From Sedimentisphaerales bacterium (GTDB lineage: Bacteria > Planctomycetota > Phycisphaerae > Sedimentisphaerales > SM23-30), in assembly GCA_963666285.1 (NCBI GenBank), contig OY762711.1: a DNA stretch of 64,000 nucleotides. The stretch is one strand, 5' to 3'. Below are positions 1 to 10,759 of this stretch, in pieces (within the stretch, counting starts at the first letter, position 1; every line of letters begins with the position of its first letter). The notes below the pieces were generated by a model. It was not told the origin of the DNA. It searched no databases and saw nothing but the letters and a program-made list of their open reading frames with translations. Made by a program: the position numbers and the translations under genes.

Positions 1-52
1 TGTAACAAAAATTACATTACAATTTGTTATATTATATTTTTAATGGTATGAC

Positions 53-76
53 GCCTGCCCTGAGTTCATCGAAGGG
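53..76. repeat. REP-like element of the CCTGAG-N-TCGAAGG type
   Basis: GCCTGCCCTGAGTTCATCGAAGGG; degenerate second copy CCTATCCTGAGTAAGTCAAAAGA at 19109-19131; both intergenic. Confidence 0.5.
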
Positions 77-191
77 CTGCGGCATTCCTTGCCTATTACC
101 AAATACCAGACAACTAATAACTATCAAACTCGCTACCGGTCAGTTTGAGCAAATTACTTGGTCTTTTGTTTAGGCTTTGAGGCTTGATAAG

Positions 192-866
192 ATGCGCGTT
201 TTAGTAATAGAAGATGAACCACAGCTGGCAGATAATATTGCACAAATACTCAAGGAAGGAGCCGGTTACGCGGTAGACATTTCTAACGACGGGACCGAAG
301 GACTTCATTTTGCCGCTACCAACCCTTATGACCTTATCGTACTCGACCTTATGCTCCCCGGCATGAGCGGCCTGGACATATTGAAACAAATCAGGGACAA
401 AGGCAACGATACCGCCGTTCTTATTCTCACCGCCAGGGACTCCAGTGATGACATTGTTAAAGGCCTGAACTATGGCAGTGATGATTATCTGACAAAACCT
501 TTTGATATAGGCGAACTTGTTGCCAGGTGCAAAGCTCTTATCCGACGCTCCTACAGAAAACCCAATCCGGTAATAACATTAGGCGATATTGCTATCAATA
601 CCCTGGCAAGAACCGTTGAAATAAATAATAAATTGGTTGACCTCACCGCCACAGAGTACAAAACACTGGAATTCCTCGCGCTCCGCAAAGGTGAGGTTGT
701 CACCAAAACTGAATTACTTGAACACTTATATGACTTCAACTGGGAAAGATTTTCAAATGTCATCGAAGTTCATATATCATCATTAAGAAGAAAACTCGAT
801 CCCGACAAAAAAAATAATATCATCAAAACTATTCGCGGTCATGGCTACATTATCAAAGGTGAGTAA
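192..866 (+). CDS. OmpR/PhoB-family response regulator
   Basis: Receiver motifs (LVIEDE, DLIVLDLMLP, LTA, KPF) and winged-helix end (TIRGHGY); ATG at 192 preferred over TTG at 177. Confidence 0.95.
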   Translation: MRVLVIEDEPQLADNIAQILKEGAGYAVDISNDGTEGLHFAATNPYDLIVLDLMLPGMSGLDILKQIRDKGNDTAVLILTARDSSDDIVKGLNYGSDDYLTKPFDIGELVARCKALIRRSYRKPNPVITLGDIAINTLARTVEINNKLVDLTATEYKTLEFLALRKGEVVTKTELLEHLYDFNWERFSNVIEVHISSLRRKLDPDKKNNIIKTIRGHGYIIKGE

Positions 867-2286
867 TTTGCAGACTTCGATCAAAAAGAAAATCAGTATT
901 CATGTCACTGTTATGATTGTTGTTATTGTAACAATTCTGTCAGTGGTAGCTTATACCGAATTTAAGGAAGCTATGATCCGCAGCCTTGACGACCAGCTCC
1001 GTTCTTATGTCGGTTCTGTCAACACACAGCTTGGCAGCGACGCTTCCGAAACCGAAATCCGCGGCAATATCAATTCCATTCTTAACAACATGCTCGATAA
1101 GCATATAGCCGGATATGGCGTTTGGATTGGCGATCAAAATGACTTTATCGCACGCAGCGAATCATTTCAGGAAATGTTTGAGGCGATAAACTCAAAAGCT
1201 GCCTCTGATACAAACTCCGATGTTCGTAACATAAATTTTTACAATATCAATTCTAACGGCAAGCACTACCGGGCAATTCAGGCTAATTTCACTAAAAAAC
1301 TGAAAATGTTTCACGGCGACCGGGATATAAATATTGTGGTTATCATCAACAGTCATAACACCTGGCATGAAATCGGCGAACTAATTAGAGTTTTACTGCT
1401 GACAAGCATTATTGCCGTGTCCATTACTGTCGTCCTTATCTTCTTTATCCTTAAATCTGGGATGAAACCGATCCATTCTATCACCGATCAGATGGCCGAT
1501 ACTTCCGGCTCCAACTTATTCGAACTCAAATTTAACGAATCTGAATCTCCCGTTGAGCTAAAGCCTTTTATCGTCGCCTGGAACCAATTGATTGCAAAAC
1601 TCGCTAATCTGATGAGCCGGCAGAAGCAATTTACCGCTGACGCCTCACATGAGCTGAGAACTCCTCTGGCAGTTATCAAAAGCACTCTGCAAATCTCCAG
1701 GTTCAAAAAGAGATCTCCGGAATTCTACGAGTCAGCAATCGATAAATGCCTGAACGAAATGGCCAGGATGGAAAATCTCATCAACCAGCTGCTCGAACTC
1801 GCAGAATGTGATGAAAACGCACTAAATAAAAACTGGCATATCGTAAACTTAAAGGACCTGATTTCCCTTGCCTCTGACAGATTTATTGAACCGGCCAGGC
1901 AGAAGAACCAGAATATCAAACTCGATTACCTTTTCGACTTATCCGTAAACTGCAGACCAGACTATCTAACCAGGGCATTTTCAAACCTCATCGGAAACGC
2001 CGTTAAATACGGCCCGGCCAACTCTGACATAAATATCAATATGAAAATTAACGGCTCCAATGTCACTATCTCATTTCAGGACGCTGGCGGAAACATTCCT
2101 GCCCAGGAATGCGAATCGATTTTCGACCGTTTCTACAAAGCTGACAAGGCTCGCAACCATAAATCTGGCGGTGCCGGGCTGGGACTCGCTATCACCAGGG
2201 AAATTATCGAAAGACATAACGGCTCCATTAGCGTCATGTCTAACCCCGATTCCGGCACAGTCTTCACCATAACCCTACCGGCATAA
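841..2286 (+). CDS. Sensor histidine kinase (two TM, HAMP, HisKA, HATPase_c)
   Basis: H-box ADASHELRTPL, N-box NLIGNAVKY, G-box GAGLGLAI; overlaps the regulator gene; exact start uncertain. Confidence 0.95.
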   Translation: MATLSKVSNLQTSIKKKISIHVTVMIVVIVTILSVVAYTEFKEAMIRSLDDQLRSYVGSVNTQLGSDASETEIRGNINSILNNMLDKHIAGYGVWIGDQNDFIARSESFQEMFEAINSKAASDTNSDVRNINFYNINSNGKHYRAIQANFTKKLKMFHGDRDINIVVIINSHNTWHEIGELIRVLLLTSIIAVSITVVLIFFILKSGMKPIHSITDQMADTSGSNLFELKFNESESPVELKPFIVAWNQLIAKLANLMSRQKQFTADASHELRTPLAVIKSTLQISRFKKRSPEFYESAIDKCLNEMARMENLINQLLELAECDENALNKNWHIVNLKDLISLASDRFIEPARQKNQNIKLDYLFDLSVNCRPDYLTRAFSNLIGNAVKYGPANSDININMKINGSNVTISFQDAGGNIPAQECESIFDRFYKADKARNHKSGGAGLGLAITREIIERHNGSISVMSNPDSGTVFTITLPA

Positions 2287-2385
2287 AACCTTCAATACTG
2301 ACCACTACCTAACTCGCTTCTGACCACTGTTCGCTGATCGCTCGATACTATTCACTAATAGCACTCCGCTGTTTGCTGATTCCCG

Positions 2386-2409
2386 GTAGCCCCCGGTTTC
2401 AACCGGGGG
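2386..2409. repeat. GTAG-tagged REP-like palindrome
   Basis: GTAG-CCCCCGGTT-TC-AACCGGGGG between convergent genes. Confidence 0.6.
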
Positions 2410-2444
2410 AATAAACAACCCTCCCCATGATTTTAAAAGCATCC

Positions 2445-2549
2445 TCGCCGTCAGGCGATTTATGATAAGGTTGCGTAGCAACACATTCTTTACACTTTTT
2501 ATTTTACCCTTTACACTTTGATGTCGCACAGCGACATCTGGTCCGCCCA
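2445..2549. repeat. ~105-bp dispersed intergenic repeat, copy 1
   Basis: Near-identical to 25973-26076; three short hairpins plus a heptamer-periodic T-rich core. Confidence 0.9.
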
Positions 2550-2576
2550 AGCCAATCTCAAGCATCCCGCCCCCCC

Positions 2577-5500
2577 CTATTTAGAACTAAGTTCGGCAAT
2601 TTCAGAAGCACTTAAATCTATATCATATATCCGCACATCATCAATTGATCCTTTAAAGTTCAACGTAGCCGACTGGATACCCGCTGTTGCATCTGTATCT
2701 AATGCACCTATAATTACATCTTCTGACAAACTTGTATTAATCTCTAAATCCAGTGCAGAAGCATTAGTTGATACTTCCTGACCGTCAACGTAAAGCAGCA
2801 GCTGGTTAATATTGGTTGCTCCATATGGCAGCACAACAGCTGCATGATGCCAGTTACCATCCTCTATATCCGGGCCGCCAATTATTCTTGCTCCCCAGAC
2901 AGCTACTGAAATCTGGCCGGTTTGACCATCAGTTATCATAGCCCATTTCTTACCGTTCTCTCCAGAGCCCCATGAAATCATTGTATATACATTTGTATCC
3001 AGATTCGACAAATCCTCATCGGTCTTGACCCACATGGCAACAGTTCTCGGTTCACTGCCGGATATCCCCTGATAGTTCTCTATCTCAATATAGTCATCCA
3101 GACCGTCAAGTGCGATAGCACTCCCTGTATATCCATCAGCATCTTTTTCCGGACCATTTACTCCCAGGCAAGACCTGCCATAATTCGAACTGTCACTAAT
3201 ACTGCTGTCAGGCTCATCAAATTGTAAATGTAAATGCAGCGACCCATTTAAAAGCCATTCCGCCGCAAGAATACCAAAGTCTGAAATATCTACATCATTG
3301 TCACCGTCCAGGCTGGCTCCATCACAAGCTGGTACATCAGTGCAGTCCTGCATTAACCATTGAGCCGCAAAACCGTACAGATCTGATATCCCTAAAGCTC
3401 CGGAATATACATTGCCCACATTGATCGTCATTTGAGCTGTATCATAATAACCATCCAGGTCTGATACACGAACTGTAAATGTATTTATACCGGCATCATG
3501 ACAACCTGGAATCCCTGATAGCCCACCATCACTCGCCACTACCAGCCAATCCGGACCACTATCTTTACTAAAAATAACCGTTTCAAGCCCTTGCTTATCT
3601 TCTGCAAACTCTGCTAACGAGCTGCCTGTATAATACCTTGACTCAATACCGTCAAGATTACTAATCGGGTCTGTAGTAAAATACGGAACCAAAGGCGTGA
3701 CTGTTATCTCGTCAATATTGGCAAGATCTTCACCGGTTGATTCAAACCGGATGGTATTAACTTTTCCACCGTTCAGCGTAACCGTAATATACTTTGTCGC
3801 CCAGGCATTCCAGGCTGATGTTGAATCAAAAGTGACGCTTTGTATTACTCCATTTACAATCAGGTTTCCTGTTCGCGATCCGGCTGAACCATTTGCATAT
3901 CGAATATCGAGTATTGCAGCTCCGCCGCCGCAGCCGTCAATCCCGCCAAATTCCAGATATCCGCCGCTGCTTGGAAAGTTTACATATCCGGTTTCACTAT
4001 AACCGGAATTTTTATCTTCAAAAATCGCACCATCTCCATAAATAGCGTCTTCGGCCTGACCGCCTTCCGGATCTGGAATACCTTCATATAAGACTTCAAT
4101 TCCACAAATTAATGAGTTATCAACAATCGTAGTAAACTCTACTTCTAACTCGCCGCTTGAATCACCCAGGACAGTAAATTCTTCAACATGCGCTTTATAT
4201 CGTGCGCCTGTAATAGAATAAATATCATAGTCTGACAATACCGTTGTTCCATTAATTGCCACATCAAACACCCGACTGCCGGTTGAGCTATGATATATTT
4301 CTGCAAAATGTAAACGTACCTTATATATTACGCCATCAGCAATGCCCGGAAATATATAACTAAAGTTGCCATGACGCTCTACCTGGTAAACTGCTTCTGG
4401 TGCTGGGTCAGTTACACCGCTAAGGTCGATTGTTTCTTCTTTGGTATATGTGCCGCCGGCAGAATAATAGGCATCGGCTATATATGGACTCACTTCGTCT
4501 CCGCCGCAATTTATGGCTAAACTCAAACCTTCAACTGCTGCATATGCCTCATTGGAAGCATTAGACTCGTTAGAGGAAACATCAACTGCTGTAACTATAT
4601 AATAATAGGTCGATCCACTCGACACACTGTCATCTGTATAACCACTGGCGGTTACTAATGTGGCAATTGTTGTGTATGGTCCATCAGATTCTGTTGACCG
4701 TTTCACATTATAGCCTTCCAGGTCTGCTTCTGTATTATCGTACCAGTCCAGCGTAACCTGACCTGCACCTGACACAACTATCAGATTTGTTGGTATACTC
4801 GGTGCGATATCATCTGACCCGGCTGTTGGCGTAGCTGTCGCCTCACTGGAATAAGAAGATTCGTTACCGTCAATATCAACCGCCGTAACCACATAATAAT
4901 AATCTGTTCCATTGGTCACAGCATTATCTGTATAAGCAGGCATCTCCAAACCTGTTGCAATTACGGTATATGGTCCGCCATCGGTAATGCTTCTTTCAAC
5001 ACTATAACCGACAATATCCGGCTCGATATTATCGTACCAGTTCAGCCATACTACACTATCGCCCTGCACTGCCGACAGTTTTTCTGGTGCTGCCGGCGGT
5101 CCGTCATCAACATGGTCAGTCGTAACAAAAATTGCATATAGTTGCGTCCAACTGCTGCCATCGGCATCACTTACTGTAAAATTAAAACCGGCCCGACCGT
5201 AGAAACCTTCATCTGGTATAAATACGACAACTGGTCCGGTTGACGAAACAGTAGTACCATCTTGTTCATACTGTGTTACTGTACCGTAATAAGAAGCATC
5301 TATCGTAAATTCTGGGCTATCGGCAAAACCACGGGTATACCTGCTCAAATCTATTCTTATCGAAGACGGCTGGGAAACTGTATTCTTGTCTATCATCGCA
5401 TGCGGCATTGCACAAAAATGCAAATACTCTTCCAGGTAGGTATAGCCCGCAGGTGTATTCGCAGGAAAGTACGTTGTCGCGGTAATTACTGAACCATCAT

Positions 5501-6878
5501 TCGCAAAGACCCTATTATGGTCCTGAACTTCCGGATCTGTACCTACGATCATCTCCCAGTTATCCGGCATACCGTCTCCATCGGTATCAACCGGCGATGC
5601 CGTGGTATTCAACGTACCAAAACCGCTGTTGGTTATTCCATAATTAGTGGCCAGCAAATACTCGCCGCTAGACGGCGGAGCATCATCTACAACCGGACTA
5701 TCCTTAGCCACCATAATACATTCCTGATTTTCTACACTTTCAATCAACAGGGTATCTAGTTCATCGCGCAGTGATGTCGCACTGGCATCCAGCCGCAACG
5801 GCCCCACGCTCGAAAGAACTTTCTTATAACCTGTCAGAGCATCATCTATGGTTACTGATACCGGGGCTCCTGTAAACGGTGTCGAAGACTTATAGTAGCT
5901 CTTAGTACCCGCGGTCGTTCCCGCTTCTGGATAGGGTGATCCCTCAACAATATCATAACCTCTGTCAGTTCCATCCAGAATACCATCATTATCATTGTCA
6001 AAAAGACAATCATTGAGATAAAGACTAAAATTTGGCTCTCCATCAGAAGCGACATATGCCTTAACCAGACCCTTACTCTGGACACCAAACCGATAGCTCG
6101 GAATCGACAGGTAATAACAGCCGATAATATTCGCTTTCCAGTCTATATCTGTCTGAGAGTCACCCATGATGAAACCGGTGCCAAAGTCAAAGGTCACATT
6201 ATTAATCCATTCCAGCATACTCGGACGCGCCTTTGGATTACGAGTCGTATGATGAGCCCACAATGAATGATGACAGGTTCCCTGGTTCAGACTCCAAAGT
6301 CCGCCCGCATTATGACGCTCCATACCCCAGGATGTTGAGGTATACTGCATAGTGAAATTATCAGGGTCTGTTTCAAAAAATGAAAAATTCTCGTCAGTAC
6401 TGAACATAAGAGAAACATGGTCAACCATCGTATCACTAACACCTTCGGCAATATTAAGACAGTCACCGCCGGTACCATATTTCCCATGACGAATACGAAA
6501 ATGCCTCAGTACTGTATTATCACCAACAATATACATACGACCGCCCTGTAAACCCACACCATCGCCTGGCGCCGTCTGACCGGCAATAGTAACATTAGCT
6601 GGAACCTGAAAATTTGTGTCAGAATTGACCGGTATATATCCACTAACCGCAAAAACAATGGTACGACCACTTGAAGGAGCTGTTTCCAGGGCGTCTCGAA
6701 GTGTACCTGCTCCGCTGTTATTCAGACTTGTAACAGTGTAAACATCACCGCCTCGACCGCCCGTGGAATAAGCACCAAAACCTTCAGCTCCCGGAAATGC
6801 CGGGATTTCTGCACGGATTGATACTCCCAGGCATATCAATACCGCCGCAAATGTTAATTTCTCGATCAATCTGAGCAT
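2577..6878 (-). CDS. Secreted multidomain pectate lyase (PL1-like) with FN3 x2, malectin, CBM35/CBM6-like, Ig-like, dockerin-like and LamG domains
   Basis: Signal peptide then AFPGAEGFGAYSTGGRGG; YYYVVTAVD FN3 repeats; AINCGG...VRLHFAEIY malectin; LDIRYANG CBM; WHHAAVV...IDDVRIYD LamG; ATG at 6878 has a GGAGGA RBS. Confidence 0.85.
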   Translation of the reverse strand: MLRLIEKLTFAAVLICLGVSIRAEIPAFPGAEGFGAYSTGGRGGDVYTVTSLNNSGAGTLRDALETAPSSGRTIVFAVSGYIPVNSDTNFQVPANVTIAGQTAPGDGVGLQGGRMYIVGDNTVLRHFRIRHGKYGTGGDCLNIAEGVSDTMVDHVSLMFSTDENFSFFETDPDNFTMQYTSTSWGMERHNAGGLWSLNQGTCHHSLWAHHTTRNPKARPSMLEWINNVTFDFGTGFIMGDSQTDIDWKANIIGCYYLSIPSYRFGVQSKGLVKAYVASDGEPNFSLYLNDCLFDNDNDGILDGTDRGYDIVEGSPYPEAGTTAGTKSYYKSSTPFTGAPVSVTIDDALTGYKKVLSSVGPLRLDASATSLRDELDTLLIESVENQECIMVAKDSPVVDDAPPSSGEYLLATNYGITNSGFGTLNTTASPVDTDGDGMPDNWEMIVGTDPEVQDHNRVFANDGSVITATTYFPANTPAGYTYLEEYLHFCAMPHAMIDKNTVSQPSSIRIDLSRYTRGFADSPEFTIDASYYGTVTQYEQDGTTVSSTGPVVVFIPDEGFYGRAGFNFTVSDADGSSWTQLYAIFVTTDHVDDGPPAAPEKLSAVQGDSVVWLNWYDNIEPDIVGYSVERSITDGGPYTVIATGLEMPAYTDNAVTNGTDYYYVVTAVDIDGNESSYSSEATATPTAGSDDIAPSIPTNLIVVSGAGQVTLDWYDNTEADLEGYNVKRSTESDGPYTTIATLVTASGYTDDSVSSGSTYYYIVTAVDVSSNESNASNEAYAAVEGLSLAINCGGDEVSPYIADAYYSAGGTYTKEETIDLSGVTDPAPEAVYQVERHGNFSYIFPGIADGVIYKVRLHFAEIYHSSTGSRVFDVAINGTTVLSDYDIYSITGARYKAHVEEFTVLGDSSGELEVEFTTIVDNSLICGIEVLYEGIPDPEGGQAEDAIYGDGAIFEDKNSGYSETGYVNFPSSGGYLEFGGIDGCGGGAAILDIRYANGSAGSRTGNLIVNGVIQSVTFDSTSAWNAWATKYITVTLNGGKVNTIRFESTGEDLANIDEITVTPLVPYFTTDPISNLDGIESRYYTGSSLAEFAEDKQGLETVIFSKDSGPDWLVVASDGGLSGIPGCHDAGINTFTVRVSDLDGYYDTAQMTINVGNVYSGALGISDLYGFAAQWLMQDCTDVPACDGASLDGDNDVDISDFGILAAEWLLNGSLHLHLQFDEPDSSISDSSNYGRSCLGVNGPEKDADGYTGSAIALDGLDDYIEIENYQGISGSEPRTVAMWVKTDEDLSNLDTNVYTMISWGSGENGKKWAMITDGQTGQISVAVWGARIIGGPDIEDGNWHHAAVVLPYGATNINQLLLYVDGQEVSTNASALDLEINTSLSEDVIIGALDTDATAGIQSATLNFKGSIDDVRIYDIDLSASEIAELSSK

Positions 6879-7502
6879 ATATTCCTCCAAATGCTTATGC
6901 TGTAATATTCTTAATGTCAAATTCTTATGTGCTATTTTCTATTTTTCGGCTTTATACACTGGTAAAGTTATTTTAATTATTTGGCACTGATATTTGATGT
7001 AATCTAAATATATTACATCAATCTGGTACACAGCCTTACGGCTACCCTCCTCTAATACCAAAATAATAATACCTGATACCTCACAAATTGACCTATAGTC
7101 AGTTTGTGAAAGTACATAATAACATTTGAATTACAAAGAATATTTTTCCCAAATTCTACCTTTTCCTGCATTTTTACACAAAATAATCCATCGTTTTGCG
7201 CGAAATAGTCCTTTTACAGGCAAATCAGCTGTCCACTCTTTATAAATCTGGACAATACACTTATGAAACTTTTTTTGATTTATATAATTATTTTCGCTGC
7301 TATATTGACTGCAAATATTTAATGTATTATAATTGATTAACGCAAACAGCTAAGGATTTCCTTTAATTCGTGTTATTGATTTCCTGAACTGAATGCAAAA
7401 GTTTAATTTTTTATTTGTACTGATACATAAGGGTACGCCCGAATGTGAAGGCAATAGAGTTATAGACAATTGCTTTACAGCATGTTGCTGTTTTGAAATA
7501 CT

Positions 7503-7538
7503 AAAACCTTAAGCCTTCCCTGGTTCTAAGGTTTTTTT
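7503..7538 (+). terminator. Intrinsic terminator in the leader of the TM1266-hydG unit (attenuator-like)
   Basis: AAAACCTTA-AGCC-loop-GGTT-C-TAAGGTTTTTTT, ending 6 nt before the ATG at 7545. Confidence 0.6.
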
Positions 7539-7544
7539 ATTATC

Positions 7545-7805
7545 ATGGAAACACGAATTGCTGCTATTAGTATTATTGTTGAAAACCCGGAATCTGCCGA
7601 GAAAATCAATAAAATCCTTCACGACTATGGTGATTTTATTATTGGCAGGATGGGAATTCCATATCACAAAAGAGATCTGTCTATCATCACTGTTGTCCTG
7701 GATGCTCCCAGCGATGCAATTAGCGCACTTTCAGGAAAACTGGGTATGCTGCCCGACATTACAGTCAAAACAGCATATTCCAAATGCTTTTCCCAGGATG
7801 AGTAA
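7545..7805 (+). CDS. TM1266-family putative [FeFe]-hydrogenase system regulator
   Basis: 86 aa, ETRIAAISIIVE...IIGRMGIPY...ISALSGKLG; adjacent to hydG. Confidence 0.85.
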   Translation: METRIAAISIIVENPESAEKINKILHDYGDFIIGRMGIPYHKRDLSIITVVLDAPSDAISALSGKLGMLPDITVKTAYSKCFSQDE

Positions 7806-7992
7806 ACTACCCCTCATTTTATATCAGCACAAATATAAGTGATTAGATACGCTGCAGAATAGGTACAAAACTACTGTTGCACGATGCTACCTGCAATTAA
7901 CCCTGCCCTGCAATACCCGGCCGAAAACAAAATGACGCAATTATTATTTACTGCGTCTGATTACTTATATTTTTTTTGAAAGGTTATGTACC

Positions 7993-9417
7993 ATGTATAA
8001 TGTCAACTCAAACGACTGTAATGAGTTTATCGACAATGATGAAGTCCTTCAATCTGTGGAATACGGTAAAAACACCGTATCTGATATGGCTGAAATTGAT
8101 AGAATTCTCAAAAAGGCCGGCAATAGAGAAGGTCTAACCCATCGTGAAGCAGCCGTATTACTGGCTGTTGAAGATGACAGCACTCTGGAAAAAATGTACC
8201 ATACTGCCAGGCAGGTTAAAGAAACTATATACGGCAAAAGAGTTGTGCTGTTTGCCCCTCTTTATCTATCCAGCTATTGCGTTAATGATTGCAAATATTG
8301 CGGCTACAAATGCTCAAATACTATCGGACGCCACCAGCTCACCCAGGATGAATTGCGTGAAGAAGTCAGGGCTTTAGAGGCTCTCGGACACAAACGACTA
8401 CTGCTTGAGGCCGGCGAAGATGACAAACGATGCCCGATCGAATACATTCTCGAATGTATTAAAACCATATACGATGAAAAGTTTGAAAACGGTAGTATTA
8501 GAAGAGTTAACGTAGATATTGCCGCTACCACGGTTGAAAACTACAAAAAACTCAAAGATGCCGCCATAGGTACTTATATTCTTTTCCAGGAAACTTACCA
8601 TAAGCCAACCTATGAAAGCATACACTCCGGCCCCAAACAAGACTACCAATGGCATACCGAAGCTATGGACCGCGCCATGACCGCCGGTATTGATGATGTC
8701 GGCATAGGACCTTTATATGGACTGTATGACTATCAGTACGAAACCGTTGCACTCCTCATGCACGCTGAACATCTCGAAGCTGCATTCGGCGTCGGCCCCC
8801 ATACTATCTCTTTCCCTAGACTCCTTCCCGCTGAAGGTGTCAACTATGACAATTTCCCGCACCTGGTTAATGACCGAAACTTCAAAAAACTCGTTGCCGT
8901 CATTCGCCTGGCTGTACCTTATACCGGGATGATCGTCTCGACTCGTGAAAGCGTGGAATTTCGCAGGGAACTGCTTGAGATTGGCGTTTCGCAGATGAGT
9001 GCCGGATCTTGTGTCGGTGTCGGCGGGTATGCCGAAAGATTGAAAATGGACCTCGACGGAGTTGAAGAAAAACCGCAATTTAATCTGGCAGACCATAGAA
9101 AACCGATTGAGGTTATCAAGGATCTCGTCAACCATGGCTACATTCCTAGCTACTGCACCGCATGCTACCGCGAAGGCAGAACCGGTGACAGGTTCATGCC
9201 GCTGGCTAAATCCGGTGCTATAGGCAATATATGCCTGCCCAACGCCCTGCTTACTTTCCAGGAATACCTGATGGACTATGCCGACGATGAACTGAAACTC
9301 GCCGGTCGGGAAATGATCGACCGGCAAATGCTGGAAATTCCTAAACCTGCCAGCAGAGATAAAGCTGCACGCTTTCTTAACGATATCAGAAACGGCCAGA
9401 GAGACCTGAGATTCTAG
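7993..9417 (+). CDS. hydG: [FeFe]-hydrogenase H-cluster radical SAM maturase HydG
   Basis: CxxxCxxC (CVNDCKYC), LFQETYH, and the C-terminal Cx2Cx22C (CTAC...C) that separates HydG from ThiH. Confidence 0.93.
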   Translation: MYNVNSNDCNEFIDNDEVLQSVEYGKNTVSDMAEIDRILKKAGNREGLTHREAAVLLAVEDDSTLEKMYHTARQVKETIYGKRVVLFAPLYLSSYCVNDCKYCGYKCSNTIGRHQLTQDELREEVRALEALGHKRLLLEAGEDDKRCPIEYILECIKTIYDEKFENGSIRRVNVDIAATTVENYKKLKDAAIGTYILFQETYHKPTYESIHSGPKQDYQWHTEAMDRAMTAGIDDVGIGPLYGLYDYQYETVALLMHAEHLEAAFGVGPHTISFPRLLPAEGVNYDNFPHLVNDRNFKKLVAVIRLAVPYTGMIVSTRESVEFRRELLEIGVSQMSAGSCVGVGGYAERLKMDLDGVEEKPQFNLADHRKPIEVIKDLVNHGYIPSYCTACYREGRTGDRFMPLAKSGAIGNICLPNALLTFQEYLMDYADDELKLAGREMIDRQMLEIPKPASRDKAARFLNDIRNGQRDLRF

Positions 9418-9591
9418 AGCACTTTAATATTTTCTGTTCCGATTTATGCCTCTGTGAGGATGAGGCTAACAAAGAAGAAAACACAGTAATATTCATATAT
9501 TGCGAGTATTTCTGATGTAGTCAGCCGAAACCGCAACAGGCAAAAAGCGAACACGCCACAAAGTGATGCGAAGCATAAAAATTAAATTGCT

Positions 9592-10623
9592 CTAATCTAA
9601 CTCTGCCACTTTCGGCCAGCCGTCCGGCCAGATCATTGTAGATATCTTTAGTTCTGACCAGCCCGTCTGCCCGTCATATGCATGAAATATCAAAAAGTCT
9701 GTTTCCGGCTCCATATATATCCCATTATGACCCGGCCCCTTCCAGTTATCTCCCGTTGCCTTGATTACCTGGGTGCCGCCCCCTTCCATCATATCCCTGC
9801 CGTCTCTATCTACATACGGACCGGTTATACTCTTAGAACGTCCAACTACTACATTATATGTACTGTTCGCTCCCCGGCAGCAGAAATCAAACGAAACAAA
9901 CAAATACCAGTAATCTCCATGCCTGACAATAAACGGGGCCTCGACCGCTCCCTCAACCGGCGGTGTCTGGTGCTCCTTCTCACGCGGTCTTGATGACAGT
10001 GAATACAAAGTCGTATCTTCACTAGACAGCTTACCCGTTGTCGGATCAATTCGCTTCATCTTGATTCCACTCCAGAAACTGCCCCAGCTCAGCCACAGCT
10101 TTTCCTCATCTTCGATCACCAGGTTAGCATCAATTGCATTCCAGTCATCTTCTCCCTGCGTAGATCGCAATACCATTCCCTGGTCTTCCCATTTATAATC
10201 TGGACTATCCGGGTCGAGCGTCTTATTTGTCACTAGCCCGATAGCTGAATTATTCTTGCCAAAAGTTGACACCGAATAATACAGGTGATACTTTCCGTTA
10301 AAATATGAAATATCAGGCGCCCATGCCCCACGCGTCCCCGGTATCTCCTGCTCGCACCACTCCGGCAGCCGAGCAAACACACTACCGCAACGCTCCCAGT
10401 TATACATATCTTCTGAACGACGGATTGGGATTATACCTGACCGCCTGCCGCCGCCGGTGCAAAATACATAATATGTTTCTCCATCCCTGATCATCACCGG
10501 GTCATGTACCCGCAAATCGCCGCTTAACTCCAGCATCTCTGGCTCTACCTGCTTACATGATACTCCAAAAAATACTATCACAAAACAGATGAAAAATAAA
10601 ACAATACGTCTTAACAATTCCAT
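9592..10623 (-). CDS. GH43 endo-1,5-alpha-L-arabinanase, probable lipoprotein
   Basis: VHDP, WAPD, NAID, VEAP, GPGHN motifs; lipobox GVSC. Confidence 0.9.
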   Translation of the reverse strand: MELLRRIVLFFICFVIVFFGVSCKQVEPEMLELSGDLRVHDPVMIRDGETYYVFCTGGGRRSGIIPIRRSEDMYNWERCGSVFARLPEWCEQEIPGTRGAWAPDISYFNGKYHLYYSVSTFGKNNSAIGLVTNKTLDPDSPDYKWEDQGMVLRSTQGEDDWNAIDANLVIEDEEKLWLSWGSFWSGIKMKRIDPTTGKLSSEDTTLYSLSSRPREKEHQTPPVEGAVEAPFIVRHGDYWYLFVSFDFCCRGANSTYNVVVGRSKSITGPYVDRDGRDMMEGGGTQVIKATGDNWKGPGHNGIYMEPETDFLIFHAYDGQTGWSELKISTMIWPDGWPKVAELD

Positions 10624-10759
10624 ACTACGCTCCTATTCCAATAATATGCAATTTCCATCAAAGCTGACACTTGCGTCAGATTTAAATACGTTGTGAACCG
10701 CGATGTTAAGCTTTGCATAATCCCGATAAACATCGGGACCGGACATTAGCTCTTAACTA

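Noticed and set aside
2305..2565. 86-aa minus-strand ORF
   Set aside because: Translation of heptamer repeats and REP-like hairpins; unlikely to be a real gene
7993..9417. thiH (tyrosine lyase)
   Set aside because: The C-terminal Cx2Cx22C motif and the TM1266 neighbour indicate HydG; no thi genes nearby
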